In this document: positions 63,443 to 64,000 of the stretch, piece by piece
How positions within the stretch are numbered: the first letter of the stretch is position 1
How the letters are laid out: each line of letters starts with the position of its first letter
Virus record (IMG/VR): IMGVR_UViG_3300037312_000330
Location: 64,001 to 128,000 of that record
DNA from: a virus
Lineage: Duplodnaviria; Caudoviricetes
Reading direction: 5' to 3' (one strand)
DNA: 64,000 nt
Translations under genes and position numbers: made by a program
The notes under the pieces: model-generated
What the model was told of the DNA's origin: nothing
Seen by the model: only the letters and a program-made list of their open reading frames with translations
Databases searched by the model: none

Positions 63443-64000
63443 ATGAACTTCATGCACCTTAAGACCGCTGTCGCCAAACAATGGGAGCGGATGCAAAAGT
63501 ACCCGATGTTCCGAGTCGACGTGGAGAAGGACGAACTTTGGGAAACGTACATCAACGGTTTCCGTTCTGGGGACAATCCGGAGTACCGCAAACGCACTGA
63601 ACACGACTGCTCCTGCTGCAAGCAATTCATTCGAACGATTGGTGGCACCGTTGCCATCATTGACGATAAATTGGTTAGCGTCTGGGACGTAACCACCGAA
63701 GAAGAAGGCTACAATGTCGTCGCGAAGAAGCTTGCCAAGTTGGTGAAGAGCAAGCCCATCAAGGATCCCTTCCTGCACTACGAGCGCACGGCAGGCACCG
63801 ACCGCAACTTCGAGGAAGTGACAGGTGAACGTCCGAAGACCTGGAACCACTTCTTCGTCAACGTCGACAGCAAGTTCGTGGCTCCGAAGGCGAACATTCC
63901 AACACGTCTGGGCGAAGAACGTTCCACCAAGGACGTCTTCCTGCGTAGCCTGCGTGAGATCGATGCCGACGCCGTGCAGACGGTGCTGGACCTGATCGCG
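63443..64000 (+). CDS. Partial conserved phage protein running off the right edge
   Basis: Translated by hand: MNFMHLKTAV...LWETYINGF..NPEYRKRTEHDCSCCKQFI...; open to the end of the window. Confidence 0.85.
   Translation, partial: MNFMHLKTAVAKQWERMQKYPMFRVDVEKDELWETYINGFRSGDNPEYRKRTEHDCSCCKQFIRTIGGTVAIIDDKLVSVWDVTTEEEGYNVVAKKLAKLVKSKPIKDPFLHYERTAGTDRNFEEVTGERPKTWNHFFVNVDSKFVAPKANIPTRLGEERSTKDVFLRSLREIDADAVQTVLDLIA

Overview
A 64-kb segment of a large, jumbo-type tailed dsDNA phage in the standard genetic code. It has about 120 tightly packed, mostly + strand and mostly hypothetical genes, with no capsid, terminase or polymerase recognised. A DUF3567/BTH_I0359-like gene and the host-like genes (GroES, ClpS, truncated globin, HU, KGG stress protein, TAXI receptor, NADAR) suggest a Burkholderiales host (inference). 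The most unusual part is an RNA island at about 18.6-27.3 kb. (1) A complete group I ribozyme core (P3-P9) lies between genes with no identifiable exons. (2) Two tandem, circularly permuted tRNA-like modules share a linker hairpin, and one has its 7-nt anticodon loop CTATACA duplicated at both ends. (3) There are 13 canonical tRNAs plus an Asp-like tRNA body whose anticodon arm is replaced by a 44-nt segment. (4) Several highly structured unassigned RNAs sit between these, including a ~370-nt RNA with a kissing loop. Also notable are an inovirus gpII/X-type rolling-circle initiator preceded by duplicated palindromes (candidate origin), a recurrent T4-late-like motif TGTAAATA upstream of genes, three early-type promoters with tandem palindromic operators, and an HMGA-like AT-hook/acidic protein. 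Family assignments come from motif recognition by eye; no searches were run.
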